Positions 26,687 to 36,358 of a stretch of DNA of 64,000 nt are shown one piece after another. The DNA lies in IMG/VR virus record IMGVR_UViG_3300002334_000064, positions 4,319 to 68,318 of that record. The stretch is one strand, 5' to 3'. Position 1 is the stretch's first letter. Each line of letters begins with the position of its first letter. A program made the translations under genes and the position numbers. The DNA is from a virus. Under the pieces are notes generated by a model, which worked only from the letters and a program-made list of their open reading frames with translations, was not told the DNA's origin and did not search any database.

Positions 26687-27244
26687 ATGAGTAAAATTCT
26701 AAATCAGCACGAGTTGCTTAAGACTGTCGGTGCAAGTGATGTGCTCGATTACATGTGGAGCCATTCCGTTGGGGGGATGGCTTTTGTTGATCCGAAGGGC
26801 GCATTTCTTTGTGTGAACCCTACGCTCTGTAGTTGGCTCGGGTACGCGCCGAACGAGCTTGAGAATATGACCATCATGGACGTTACCGAACCGGGTGACA
26901 CTAAAGCCGATATGGCCGCGATGGATGACGTGCTCCGAGGGATACGCAACAGTTACACGATGACCAAGCGGTATAAACCGAAGAGCGGCCAACCGTTCGA
27001 TGCAAAGCTTACGGTTCACGGATGGAAGGGCGACGACGGCAAAATAGTTTTGTTCTTTTTCTCGCAGGTTGAGAAACTTGATCTTGTTGAGTACCGACCT
27101 GTTGACGAATTACGCGTTGTTTACAACTTCTTTGTAAACAACAAAAAGATCACACTGATAGCGTTCATAGCTACAGCGCTCGCGGGAGATAGTGCTATCA
27201 AGTGGTTGTTCTCAGTGATAGATATTATTCGCGGTACGTTTTGA
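26687..27244 (+). CDS. Stand-alone PAS-domain protein with C-terminal TM helix
   Basis: GMAFVDPKGAFLCVNPTLCSWLGY..ELE...DVTEPGD...KRYKPKSG PAS/PAC pattern; ITLIAFIATALAG hydrophobic tail. Confidence 0.88.
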   Translation: MSKILNQHELLKTVGASDVLDYMWSHSVGGMAFVDPKGAFLCVNPTLCSWLGYAPNELENMTIMDVTEPGDTKADMAAMDDVLRGIRNSYTMTKRYKPKSGQPFDAKLTVHGWKGDDGKIVLFFFSQVEKLDLVEYRPVDELRVVYNFFVNNKKITLIAFIATALAGDSAIKWLFSVIDIIRGTF

Positions 27245-27276
27245 TGTTTCTAGTTAAATAAAGAAAGGCGGTCTGC

Positions 27277-27543
27277 ATGGACCCACAAAATAAATCGAAG
27301 GTTTGGTATAAGTCGAAAACCATCATCGGTATCATTATCGGTGCGGTGTTCGCAACACTGGCGATGGCAGGCAATCCCGTTCAGGGACTCACCGAAGATC
27401 AGCTTGTAAACCAGATCATGGATTTGGTTGAGGTTGGCGGTGTGGTTGTCGGCAATATCCTTGCCGTGTTCGGTCGTCTCACCGCGTCGAGCGTGATTGT
27501 CGGCAGTGCGAAGAAAGCGGTGAAGTCCCATGAGCCGATTTAA
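27277..27543 (+). CDS. Holin-like small membrane protein
   Basis: KVWYKSKTI, two TM segments, VFGR pattern typical of small phage holin-like proteins. Confidence 0.6.
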   Translation: MDPQNKSKVWYKSKTIIGIIIGAVFATLAMAGNPVQGLTEDQLVNQIMDLVEVGGVVVGNILAVFGRLTASSVIVGSAKKAVKSHEPI

Positions 27544-28285
27544 CAACCGTGCAATCAATTTCATTGTGACGTGTGCTTTGGCCGTTCTTGTGCTTGTAAC
27601 ATTTGCCGCTTCGGTCTCGTGCTCCCCACTTCCGCAAGTATCAGCACAGGTGATCCAGAACAATGCCGATGCAACAATCCGACTCGCAAGCAACGATTCG
27701 GCATTGTTCGGGCTTCTCAAGAAACAAACCGAAGCTATCGCGGGCGCAAAGCGGGAGTTGATGCTAGGCCATATCGAGGCTGATATTATTCTGTCTCGAT
27801 ACGTTGAAGATGGTGTTGTTGATATTGCGAAGATTCAAGGTCACCTTGAGAACGCCGGAATCGTTAGGCCGTATCGAAACGAAATCATTGCACAGATTCG
27901 TAACGGATACTGGACGATTGCCGAGTCTGCTGATTGGCTTGTGCTGCATAGTAGCGTTCGGGCTCTACCTACGGGTTCAACACGCACACAAGCCTTAGAC
28001 AGCACCTTAGCCCGCCTACAAGTGGTTTCAGAGCACGATGTGAACATGTCTTTGATTCTTACAGGTATCGACACGTGGGCAATGGATACGTTCGCCCTAT
28101 GGCAAAGCGTGGACGCGAACAATAAATCGTTGGTTGAGTTCGCAACCACAACGTACGAATCGAATGAATGGTTGACAGATCAGGCGGAATCGTATTGGTC
28201 GGAACTTGTGCTCGGCAGTATCGACAACCCTGAAGTGAAGTCAGATTTGGTCAGGTTCTTCGGAGCCTTGATCCGTAACCAATAA
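27530..28285 (+). CDS. Putative lipoprotein
   Basis: Signal peptide ending ASVS-C. Confidence 0.6.
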   Translation: MSRFNNRAINFIVTCALAVLVLVTFAASVSCSPLPQVSAQVIQNNADATIRLASNDSALFGLLKKQTEAIAGAKRELMLGHIEADIILSRYVEDGVVDIAKIQGHLENAGIVRPYRNEIIAQIRNGYWTIAESADWLVLHSSVRALPTGSTRTQALDSTLARLQVVSEHDVNMSLILTGIDTWAMDTFALWQSVDANNKSLVEFATTTYESNEWLTDQAESYWSELVLGSIDNPEVKSDLVRFFGALIRNQ

Positions 28286-28300
28286 TTGCAAGCCGCAATT
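28284..28300. repeat. 17-bp palindrome copy (AATTGCAAGCCGCAATT) overlapping a TAA stop
   Basis: One mismatch. Confidence 0.9.
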
Positions 28301-28333
28301 CAAACCCCTTTGAAATGAAGAACGGAAAAACAG

Positions 28334-28897
28334 ATGAACGATACAGCAGAAACAAACGCGCCTAGCGACACGGGCGAAACAGTTGAAGAAGAAAAGACGG
28401 CTGAAGTTGAAGCCAGTGAAGAAAGTTTGATTGCGATTGCAGCGAAAGAGAATGCCGCAGAGAATGCCGCAAAACAATGGGACATTGAGCCGCCCGTTGC
28501 AAACGTTGCCGTAACGATCTCTGATCTTCGCAACGTACCGATTACATCGGAACACATCGCTTCTAAACTTCTTTCAGGTGAAGGTCTTGACGAACCCGAG
28601 TTGCGGGTACTTGTTGCGGTGCTTAGTGACTACACGGCCGTATCAATGGCGTTCAACGATCTTGCTGAAGCCTACGGAGTCGTTGCGGGTAGAACGCATG
28701 TTGCAATGGGTATGCTATCTGACGCACAAATGACTGTTACGAATTCGATTGAGGGCTACAATCCTATCCAAGCAAATGTTTTGCTGAGTTCCGATGAGGA
28801 CCGCAAGCAACTTGGTAAGGCCGTGAAGAAGTCTTCTAGTTTGGAAGAAATGATTTCGTCAGTTCTCAGCATGGGTATGCGACTCATGGGACTCTAA
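28334..28897 (+). CDS. Hypothetical acidic protein
   Basis: 187-aa ORF. Confidence 0.65.
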   Translation: MNDTAETNAPSDTGETVEEEKTAEVEASEESLIAIAAKENAAENAAKQWDIEPPVANVAVTISDLRNVPITSEHIASKLLSGEGLDEPELRVLVAVLSDYTAVSMAFNDLAEAYGVVAGRTHVAMGMLSDAQMTVTNSIEGYNPIQANVLLSSDEDRKQLGKAVKKSSSLEEMISSVLSMGMRLMGL

Positions 28898-28978
28898 GAA
28901 CCATCCGCGTTGCACGAAAGCGTTACGCGGATTTTTACAGAAATTACAAACTTCCTTTCACACAAGGGAATTATTGCA

Positions 28979-31900
28979 ATGGAAATTGTAGATTACCGCG
29001 AGCAAAGCAAGCATATCGATATGTTGAGTTTTTCACGAGGTGCTTATACCCGAAAATGGGACGGTGAACATCTTTCGCCTAACGTGAAACGGTTTGCAAG
29101 AAGAAAAGCAATCTGTAGCCGCACACCGATTACCGATTTGGTCACAGATACAATTATACAACACGGGTCGGGGTTTGATGAGATAAGAGCAAGCGGCTAC
29201 GCAAGTGATATGACGCGAATGATTTCTATGAGGGTTACATCCCCGAGGAAATTGAACGATGCGGGTAATGCCGTGCAAGGAACGAACGGCGACGTTCAAA
29301 TATATGTTGGTGATGTTAAAACTATATTTGCAAAAATACAATCTGGTGAATATACGTCCCCTTCACTTGTTAACGGTTACGGTTACGCGTCTTATGACGA
29401 GGGCGAGATATACATGTACGGCGGCGTGTGGCAGGGGTACATGGGTGGTCTAGACGGTGCAGTGGCATCATTGTTTAGTGGAGCGGAACCCGTAAGAACA
29501 TTCGAGGCAATACCCGAATGGCTAGATAAGCCTGATTCTGAAAGTTACGACGGGGCCGTTTCTTTCACACCTGCGTACGGCAGTGTACGGCGCGGTTGTT
29601 TGGTCGCTCAATTCCGAGGTGCCCGGTATGTCGGGAATGTTGATGCGACAGACTCAACGCGTTGGTCGTGTGACGGTACGGGTTATTTCATGTGGCAAGA
29701 ACCGGCAAACAAAGCTTCGCCTGTAGGTCACTGGACAAAGCTTCGAGACCATAACGATTGGGTAAACGTTGGACAGCCGCACGGCGACCTGTTCGGCGAT
29801 GCGTCTAATTACCGATACGATCATTGTGTTGGCAGAATACGAAACTCTGAATGGTCGAGAGTTCGTTGGTCAACACTTGGCGTGCGTAATTCAGAATCCA
29901 TATCGAAGGTTTTTTGTTATGCAGATGACTATATGCACGGCGGTACGATAGATGGTGTTACTGGTAGTAAAGGTGCTGTTCAGTCGCTTTTCTCTATTGA
30001 TTATGACGGCTCTACGTACACGCTATCCTCGAAGGTTGACTTTCACGAATTGTATGACCCGGCATCTGATTCAGACGTTGAAGCTGACGACCAGAGACAT
30101 GGGCACGGCTGTTACCTACATCTGGTTTGGAATGCAGCGAACACTGCTAGGTATATGGTTTTGGTCGTAGCCTCTTCGGACAATCCCTTCGACGGTCTTT
30201 CGGCTATGTACTTGCCGTACAACTATGATCCCAACGATCCAGATGCAGGAACTTGGGAAGCTAATTTCAGTGATCCTACTGAGTGGGTTGGTGATTCTCA
30301 ATCAGACTTTGCAAACAAGATTTGGCTTACAGGCGGCGAATACACCGATGCACTTGCATCAGGTGGACGGTTATTTTCCTTGACGCAAGGACCGAACGAT
30401 GATGAGTTTTTGGCTACATCCGATGCAAACTTCGCACCCGTGACCGTTATTACGTGGACTAAGATTGATGAGCCGCCTACGTTTAGAGCAGCTTTTAACC
30501 AAGCTGACTTTGGACCTAGTTACTCTTTCGATCTTGTACAAGATAAGCCGGGAGACCCTACGAGCAAGATGGCATGTTTGGTTTGGCGTGGCGGACCCAA
30601 CAATGGATACAGTGACTTGTCAGATGATACGTACCGCGCAATGTTGAGTGATGACGGGGGCGACACTTGGGGAATGGGTCATTACCCGTACTTGCCCGGT
30701 AGGTGCTTGGCAATCATTCAGAACCATATCTTGTTTTGTGGGTCTTTCGATATCAAGAAAGCCGAATGGCCGGAAATTATCAAAGGCCCGTTCTTGACGA
30801 TGGCTAGAGGCGGTTTGAATATGGGTGCCTTTGATCCCCCAGCTAGTCGTGATCCAATGTCTATCGGTGAATTCGGTTCACTCACATCACCCGATGTTGA
30901 ATTGGGGTTGGAAAGAGCCGATAGCGGTTCTGGTGTGAATACAAACAATGGCGGGTTCGTACACGATGGCGTCGAGCTTCCACGCGATCCGGGTGATGCT
31001 GTTTTCGCAGGGTTTATTTATACCGGCACTAGTGGCGGAGAATCTATGTTGATAAATCCGTTCTTCCACAATTCAAGCAAGTCGAATGATGGTGAACTTG
31101 TAGACGGCCAAGCTCAGATCACTTATGTAGGTTTGGCTTTACGATCAAATTGGGAGTGGCCCACAAGACAGATCGGCTCGAATACCTTTGCCATTCGTCT
31201 TTATACAGGCGGCGGTGATAATGGTAATGAGTTACCCGAAGATTCGGCGGTCTATGTTCCTGCTGGTTCTGCCCGAGCGTTCTCTTTTGACAGTACAGAA
31301 GAATGGACAGAATTTACCGTGACCTATCCGGCAGGATTTAATTTTGATGACCTTGCAAACAGTATGAGTAATACAGGTTTGCGTTTCAGAATAAAGCCGA
31401 ATGGTAACAATTGGGCTGCCGGTGTTTACTACACGTACGAGCAGGTGTACCAAGGTCCGCATTGGCCGATGTTCCCTACGCCACCCGGCGCAGATAATGA
31501 CTCTTCCGCATTTCCTGAAACGGTTTTACTGAATTGGGTTGTGCCCGTAAATCATGTTATTTTCGGCGCGAGAGTCATCCCGATTTCATTGAACCCGAGA
31601 CTTCTACCTTGGTTCATCAATACCGTTGATTCTAACATGCAAGATGCGGGCGACCCAGCAGCCGTACCGGGTTCAACCGAAGCGCCGCTTCCACAGAATT
31701 ATTATGAACAAAACATGGAGCTTGTTTTCTGTGAAAACGTTATCACCCTTTGCGAGCATGGCGATACAACCAGCGATGATTTCGTAAGGCTTGAAATAAT
31801 CGATCAAGCCGATTCGGATAGTGGTTCGACGATGCCGCCAGTGATTATTAGATTGAGTGGGGAAATGAACGGGGTTCCGTTCTCTTCAGATACCAATCTG

Positions 31901-32272
31901 TCTGACGCTGACGGCAGGCACGTGATGATGACAGGCGGGGACAATATCCTGTTTGCCTTACATGTGCTAAGCTCGGGCGTCTACGCTGCCGTAGAAATTG
32001 GTGGCGTGTTCAAAGCGACGGCTGTTGTAACCGGAACAACGGCAACGATGACTTATATACAAGATGGTGCTAATTTCCAACATGTGAAATCTAAAGCAAT
32101 GGAGTTAGAATATATCTTCACATCGCTTATGACAGAGGCGGAATATGGAAACGACGAAGATAGATTCGCAAGCTTCATTTCTTTGATTCGTGATATTGAT
32201 GTGAACGACTCGGTTGGTATCAGCAAATCAATAGGCGGGCGACACGGAATTACAGTTGTAGAAAGAGTTTAA
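28979..32272 (+). CDS. Large acidic beta-rich protein with Asp-box (putative sialidase-like propeller / receptor-binding protein)
   Basis: About 1100 aa, G/S/D/W-rich, SDDGGDTW Asp-box. Confidence 0.7.
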   Translation: MEIVDYREQSKHIDMLSFSRGAYTRKWDGEHLSPNVKRFARRKAICSRTPITDLVTDTIIQHGSGFDEIRASGYASDMTRMISMRVTSPRKLNDAGNAVQGTNGDVQIYVGDVKTIFAKIQSGEYTSPSLVNGYGYASYDEGEIYMYGGVWQGYMGGLDGAVASLFSGAEPVRTFEAIPEWLDKPDSESYDGAVSFTPAYGSVRRGCLVAQFRGARYVGNVDATDSTRWSCDGTGYFMWQEPANKASPVGHWTKLRDHNDWVNVGQPHGDLFGDASNYRYDHCVGRIRNSEWSRVRWSTLGVRNSESISKVFCYADDYMHGGTIDGVTGSKGAVQSLFSIDYDGSTYTLSSKVDFHELYDPASDSDVEADDQRHGHGCYLHLVWNAANTARYMVLVVASSDNPFDGLSAMYLPYNYDPNDPDAGTWEANFSDPTEWVGDSQSDFANKIWLTGGEYTDALASGGRLFSLTQGPNDDEFLATSDANFAPVTVITWTKIDEPPTFRAAFNQADFGPSYSFDLVQDKPGDPTSKMACLVWRGGPNNGYSDLSDDTYRAMLSDDGGDTWGMGHYPYLPGRCLAIIQNHILFCGSFDIKKAEWPEIIKGPFLTMARGGLNMGAFDPPASRDPMSIGEFGSLTSPDVELGLERADSGSGVNTNNGGFVHDGVELPRDPGDAVFAGFIYTGTSGGESMLINPFFHNSSKSNDGELVDGQAQITYVGLALRSNWEWPTRQIGSNTFAIRLYTGGGDNGNELPEDSAVYVPAGSARAFSFDSTEEWTEFTVTYPAGFNFDDLANSMSNTGLRFRIKPNGNNWAAGVYYTYEQVYQGPHWPMFPTPPGADNDSSAFPETVLLNWVVPVNHVIFGARVIPISLNPRLLPWFINTVDSNMQDAGDPAAVPGSTEAPLPQNYYEQNMELVFCENVITLCEHGDTTSDDFVRLEIIDQADSDSGSTMPPVIIRLSGEMNGVPFSSDTNLSDADGRHVMMTGGDNILFALHVLSSGVYAAVEIGGVFKATAVVTGTTATMTYIQDGANFQHVKSKAMELEYIFTSLMTEAEYGNDEDRFASFISLIRDIDVNDSVGISKSIGGRHGITVVERV

Positions 32273-32315
32273 TTTACTTGTACAGCGTCGAATAATTTTC
32301 GATTGGTAAAATACA

Positions 32316-32819
32316 ATGCCTCAAGAAGAAAACAGTCATCAAGGAGATTCAAATGATATGGAATCCGGTAACCGGGACAAACTCATTGATAATGATTCAG
32401 ATAATGGCAATGATGAACTTGCGCCATGTTTGCAAGAGACTAACGAAGAATACATTTCTAGCAGTATCAAGCTTGCGACCTTTGAACAGTTGTGGGATGA
32501 GTTATCTGGCCGACTATCGCACGCGGTGTTGCTCGCCGAAGCACCGGTCAGAGCCTTCCCTTGGCCTAAAGATCAGATGTTCTCTTCGATAAAGAAACGC
32601 GACAGAGGTGATGATATAGCCTTCGTTGTTTCTTTGAAGGGTTCAAAGTTTGCTTGTTACGGTTTAACAAAACTTGGTGAAGATCGTGTTTCCGGTTATA
32701 TTCGTAATGAACAGTTCTCCGAGAGATGGCAGACTGGGCCGAGTGGAAAAATTGAATATTTCTACGTTGCAAAAGACCAAGATTTAGATGATGGAGAATT
32801 TACCGATGACGATTCATAG
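32316..32819 (+). CDS. Hypothetical protein
   Basis: 167-aa ORF. Confidence 0.6.
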   Translation: MPQEENSHQGDSNDMESGNRDKLIDNDSDNGNDELAPCLQETNEEYISSSIKLATFEQLWDELSGRLSHAVLLAEAPVRAFPWPKDQMFSSIKKRDRGDDIAFVVSLKGSKFACYGLTKLGEDRVSGYIRNEQFSERWQTGPSGKIEYFYVAKDQDLDDGEFTDDDS

Positions 32820-33276
32820 CAGCGATTGGAACATGCCTGTTGGGACATACAGCGTCACAGACGGCGGCATAGCGATAGCAGGTCATACGTGCATGGTGAA
32901 CCCGAACCGGTTCTATCAAGTCACATGCGACACGCTCGGCGCTAGTGATATCATCAATATCGAAGTCAAGCCTAAATACCAAATGTCACTCGGTGTTTTT
33001 GTCCGTCAGATTCAGATAATGAGTTCCAAGCATTACTTCAATAGACGGCACGATCAAAATGTGCTTAGTGCTTTGCGCAATACGTTGAGCCAAACTGAAA
33101 AAGGATTTCTTTCGTCAACCGATCCGACTATCGGCCCGATTCTTAATCTCGGGTATGACGAAACAAAGATGACAGATGAACAGGCAGATCGTTACAGGCG
33201 GGGCGTTACCAAAAGCCTTGACAGCCTTTCAACTGCCAAATCAATTGTTGACGTGACCGCAAAAGAAACAGACTGA
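32788..33276 (+). CDS. Hypothetical protein
   Basis: ORF in the co-oriented block; start uncertain. Confidence 0.55.
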   Translation: MMENLPMTIHSSDWNMPVGTYSVTDGGIAIAGHTCMVNPNRFYQVTCDTLGASDIINIEVKPKYQMSLGVFVRQIQIMSSKHYFNRRHDQNVLSALRNTLSQTEKGFLSSTDPTIGPILNLGYDETKMTDEQADRYRRGVTKSLDSLSTAKSIVDVTAKETD

Positions 33277-33299
33277 GTAGAACCTTTGGAGGGTATGCA

Positions 33300-33797
33300 A
33301 TGCCTGTTAATATGCGTCCGACATTTCTAAATACAATCACCCAACTGATTGAATCTTCAAAAACAGATTCGTGGCGCATGGGATGTTTGCAGAAGACAAA
33401 CCTTGAATGGGAAATTGTGTCGCTATACAAGGCGAACACGTATATATATTCTGTTGACAACACACCAGCTGACAAATGCCCGGACGATTTTGATGATTGG
33501 GATATGCGTTTTCGTTGGACATGGGGGTACCGTCAACTTGAATGGGATAGCGTATTGGTGTCGGTTGCAAAGTCACTCACACACGATCAACCATCGGCTC
33601 TTTTCGTTCTTGAGAAACTACGCACGCATGGTTTGTTGTTTGCAGATGGTCGTATTCATCCACTACTTGAATCTTCTTTGAGATCGCATAACGAAAAAAG
33701 CCTGTTGGCAATTGACGTTGAACGAAATGATTTATTCATAAAGGAAATCGACCAAAGAAATAAAATCAAAGAACTGTCTAAAAGCAAAAAACCCTGA
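33300..33797 (+). CDS. Hypothetical protein
   Basis: GGAGG ribosome-binding site. Confidence 0.65.
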   Translation: MPVNMRPTFLNTITQLIESSKTDSWRMGCLQKTNLEWEIVSLYKANTYIYSVDNTPADKCPDDFDDWDMRFRWTWGYRQLEWDSVLVSVAKSLTHDQPSALFVLEKLRTHGLLFADGRIHPLLESSLRSHNEKSLLAIDVERNDLFIKEIDQRNKIKELSKSKKP

Positions 33798-33810
33798 ACA
33801 GGATTTCAAA

Positions 33811-34107
33811 ATGTCTACAGTTAGAACAATGAAAAAGACTGTTACGATTATTGATTCTGAACCGCACAATACATATACGAGAAGAGCGTATTTATTCCGT
33901 CTTGATTCAAACCGGGTTGCGATAATGGGTGTTGAAGTTTGCGAAGGGTTAGAAGTACATCCTTCGTCTTGTGTTCTCAGAGAGAGTTTGTCACGGTCGA
34001 TTCACCTGTCGCGAAATTGGTGTGACAGAGTAAAACCATTTGATATAGATCAGAGTTTAGTTGTTTGCCTAGCAGGTGTTTTACATGATGAGTCGAAAAA
34101 GGTGTAA
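33811..34107 (+). CDS. Hypothetical protein
   Basis: AGGA ribosome-binding site. Confidence 0.55.
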   Translation: MSTVRTMKKTVTIIDSEPHNTYTRRAYLFRLDSNRVAIMGVEVCEGLEVHPSSCVLRESLSRSIHLSRNWCDRVKPFDIDQSLVVCLAGVLHDESKKV

Positions 34108-34768
34108 AGGAAATACAGCGTTGCACATATCTGAATTGCAAGCCGCAATTGAGGGCAAACGTGTAGCGGTTGTAGGTAACGCCAAACAGACACTTGAGGG
34201 CGAAGGCAGATTACCCATTGACGATTACGATTACGTCATCCGGTTTAATCGTGCGATGGTGGGTACTCGCCTTGGTGCTAAAACAGATTTGCTTGTACTA
34301 GCTCAGATCGGTATTCAACAACACATCCTTTCGACAGTGCGGCCCGAACTAATCTTGTGGACAAGACCGCAAAAGTTCCAAGAGATACCGAAGAGTCACG
34401 ACTACCTGAATCACTGTGACAACGTAATCATCTTGCCCAAAGATTTACTGTTCGGGCTTCACAGCGATTTCGGCACACTAGAGCTGAAATCTGTTGGAAA
34501 TATGATGCTGCCGAAGCGCCGAGTTCCTTCGACCGGGTTTATCGGGTTGTGGTATCTGCTCGAACATTGCTCACCGGCATCGGTTGATATCTGGGGATTC
34601 GATTTTTGGGAGTCTCGGTCAACGTCTTCACCAGAGAGGGCCACACCCGGCCCGCACGATTACGGCTTGGAACGGGCGAAACTGTACGGAATGGGCGGGT
34701 TTAAATTCATTGATCCGAAACACAACGACCCCAATCAGGGCGAGATTGTGAAAAAATATCTGAAATAG
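34076..34768 (+). CDS. GT29/sialyltransferase-like glycosyltransferase
   Basis: RVAVVGNA, IDDYDYVIRFN, GAKTD (sialylmotif L-like), PSTGF..GFDF (motif S-like), HDYGLE (motif VS-like). Confidence 0.8.
   Translation: MFYMMSRKRCKGNTALHISELQAAIEGKRVAVVGNAKQTLEGEGRLPIDDYDYVIRFNRAMVGTRLGAKTDLLVLAQIGIQQHILSTVRPELILWTRPQKFQEIPKSHDYLNHCDNVIILPKDLLFGLHSDFGTLELKSVGNMMLPKRRVPSTGFIGLWYLLEHCSPASVDIWGFDFWESRSTSSPERATPGPHDYGLERAKLYGMGGFKFIDPKHNDPNQGEIVKKYLK
34134..34150. repeat. 17-bp palindrome copy (AATTGCAAGCCGCAATT), inside a CDS
   Basis: One mismatch. Confidence 0.9.
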
Positions 34769-34781
34769 GTGGTGCAAGGGG

Positions 34782-34817
34782 TTGCACGAACCGATTTAGA
34801 CGGTAAGATAGACGTGT
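34782..34817 (+). promoter_or_regulatory. Repeated promoter family, copy 4
   Basis: TTGCAC-16 nt-TAAGAT-AGACGTGT then AAATGGGTGC..AAAGGGAC. Confidence 0.8.
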
Positions 34818-34852
34818 GGCAAATGGGTGCCATAAACAAAGGGACTAGAAAA

Positions 34853-35062
34853 ATGAAAACTGGAAAAACTAAAGCGTGCTTCTCTTTTGACGGTTGCGGA
34901 TTTCATGTTGTTTTTCTCTGTGGGAGTTCTACAACCGGGTTCCGGGGTAACTTCAAAACACTTGACGACCTTTGTTCTGATTTACGGTCTGACGGTCTTG
35001 ATTTAGACTTCCCGAAATTGTCCGATCTTTTGGGCGGGTCATCGTTCACGTGTGCGGCTTAG
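34853..35062 (+). CDS. Small hypothetical protein
   Basis: ATG after the AAAGGGAC leader. Confidence 0.6.
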   Translation: MKTGKTKACFSFDGCGFHVVFLCGSSTTGFRGNFKTLDDLCSDLRSDGLDLDFPKLSDLLGGSSFTCAA

Positions 35063-35175
35063 TTCTTCTAAAAGGATTGAAAAATGAAAAGAATTACGGC
35101 AACAGCCGCGAAAAAAGGACGGTTTCGCTTTGAACGCGTCCTTGAACAAAATACCGAAAAAAACAAGGGTGCTCT

Positions 35176-35613
35176 ATGAATTCAACGTACAACGTACAAC
35201 CACACGCGCGAAAAGGCTCAAGTGCATTTTGGTGGCGGCAATTTACAGACAGTCACAACATCGGCGTTGTGGTTTCTATTGTGTCAATTACCGGTTTTGT
35301 CAAGGGTTCTGAGGATTGTTACGCTACCGTTGAAATCGCTAGTGTCGATCCGTATTCAACACAGGCGAAAACAGTAAATATTGAACGGGAAAGTTCTTCG
35401 TTTTCTGGCGATACATACACGGTAACGGAAATGAAGTATCGTGCCGGTGATATTGTTGATTCGATACCTTTGAAATGTTTGTTTGAGAGCAGGCGTCACG
35501 CGTCAATGTTTGCCGTCGATTACGAGCACAAAAAATTACAAAAAGCCGCTGAATCATACGCGTCAGCGAACAGTTGGTTTAAATCGGTTGTAAAAAAAAC
35601 GAGAGGTGATTGA
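35176..35613 (+). CDS. Hypothetical protein
   Basis: 145-aa ORF. Confidence 0.6.
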   Translation: MNSTYNVQPHARKGSSAFWWRQFTDSHNIGVVVSIVSITGFVKGSEDCYATVEIASVDPYSTQAKTVNIERESSSFSGDTYTVTEMKYRAGDIVDSIPLKCLFESRRHASMFAVDYEHKKLQKAAESYASANSWFKSVVKKTRGD

Positions 35614-36302
35614 TGGGTAAGAGAAAAAGAGTCATCGTGAAAAAGAAGAGACGCGCAACACCGAAGATTACAGAAAGGGTTGCTCGGAAGCCGGGAGTGG
35701 TACGGGCTGAATCTAAACTGCAAACCCACGCGGCGGCGATTGTTCCTACCACAATCAAACCGCGAAGCATGACCGAACGTGATGAGCGGACTATGGGTAT
35801 GTACACGGTTGAAGAGATGTTAACGCGTGGAGTTTCAAACAATCCTTACACTTGGTATGACCCGGCACTCGTTGATTGGATCACTGCCATCGGGTTACCC
35901 GGTGAGGCCGGTAAGATGTTCAGAGGTTCTTTCAATGGCATGTACTCGTACCCGATGAAAAACATCTTATCGAGGGGCACAAGCGATCGTAAAGGTGTTG
36001 AACGCACAGATATGCTTGTTGAGTCCGTACTGAAAACAGCAGCGCCAAAAGTACGATGGCGAAAAGAGGCTCGTAGTATTTGTCATCGATATTGTTTGTT
36101 CGCTTGTGTGGTTCGGTCTAAGGCTTGGCGAAAAATCGGAACACCAAAGGAGTCCAAACGGTTATACGACCTTGCGGCTAAGTGGGTGAAGTTCCCGGTG
36201 AACCTTCTTGATGACTCTGCAAACGAAGGATTGGTCATCATCGAGTTCGAGTGCAATCGAATCAATATTTGTTCGGAAGGGCTAATCACGAGCAATTACT
36301 AA
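35610..36302 (+). CDS. Basic hypothetical protein upstream of TerL (possible terminase small subunit)
   Basis: Position only; Lys/Arg-rich N-terminus. Confidence 0.5.
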   Translation: MMGKRKRVIVKKKRRATPKITERVARKPGVVRAESKLQTHAAAIVPTTIKPRSMTERDERTMGMYTVEEMLTRGVSNNPYTWYDPALVDWITAIGLPGEAGKMFRGSFNGMYSYPMKNILSRGTSDRKGVERTDMLVESVLKTAAPKVRWRKEARSICHRYCLFACVVRSKAWRKIGTPKESKRLYDLAAKWVKFPVNLLDDSANEGLVIIEFECNRINICSEGLITSNY

Positions 36303-36324
36303 TTTGCTTTGTTTGTCAATATCT

Positions 36325-36352
36325 TTGTCTATTCCGGGTGAGGTGCTAGAAT
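36325..36352 (+). promoter_or_regulatory. Putative promoter for terL
   Basis: TTGTCT-16 nt-TAGAAT with extended TG. Confidence 0.45.
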
Positions 36353-36358
36353 GACCGG

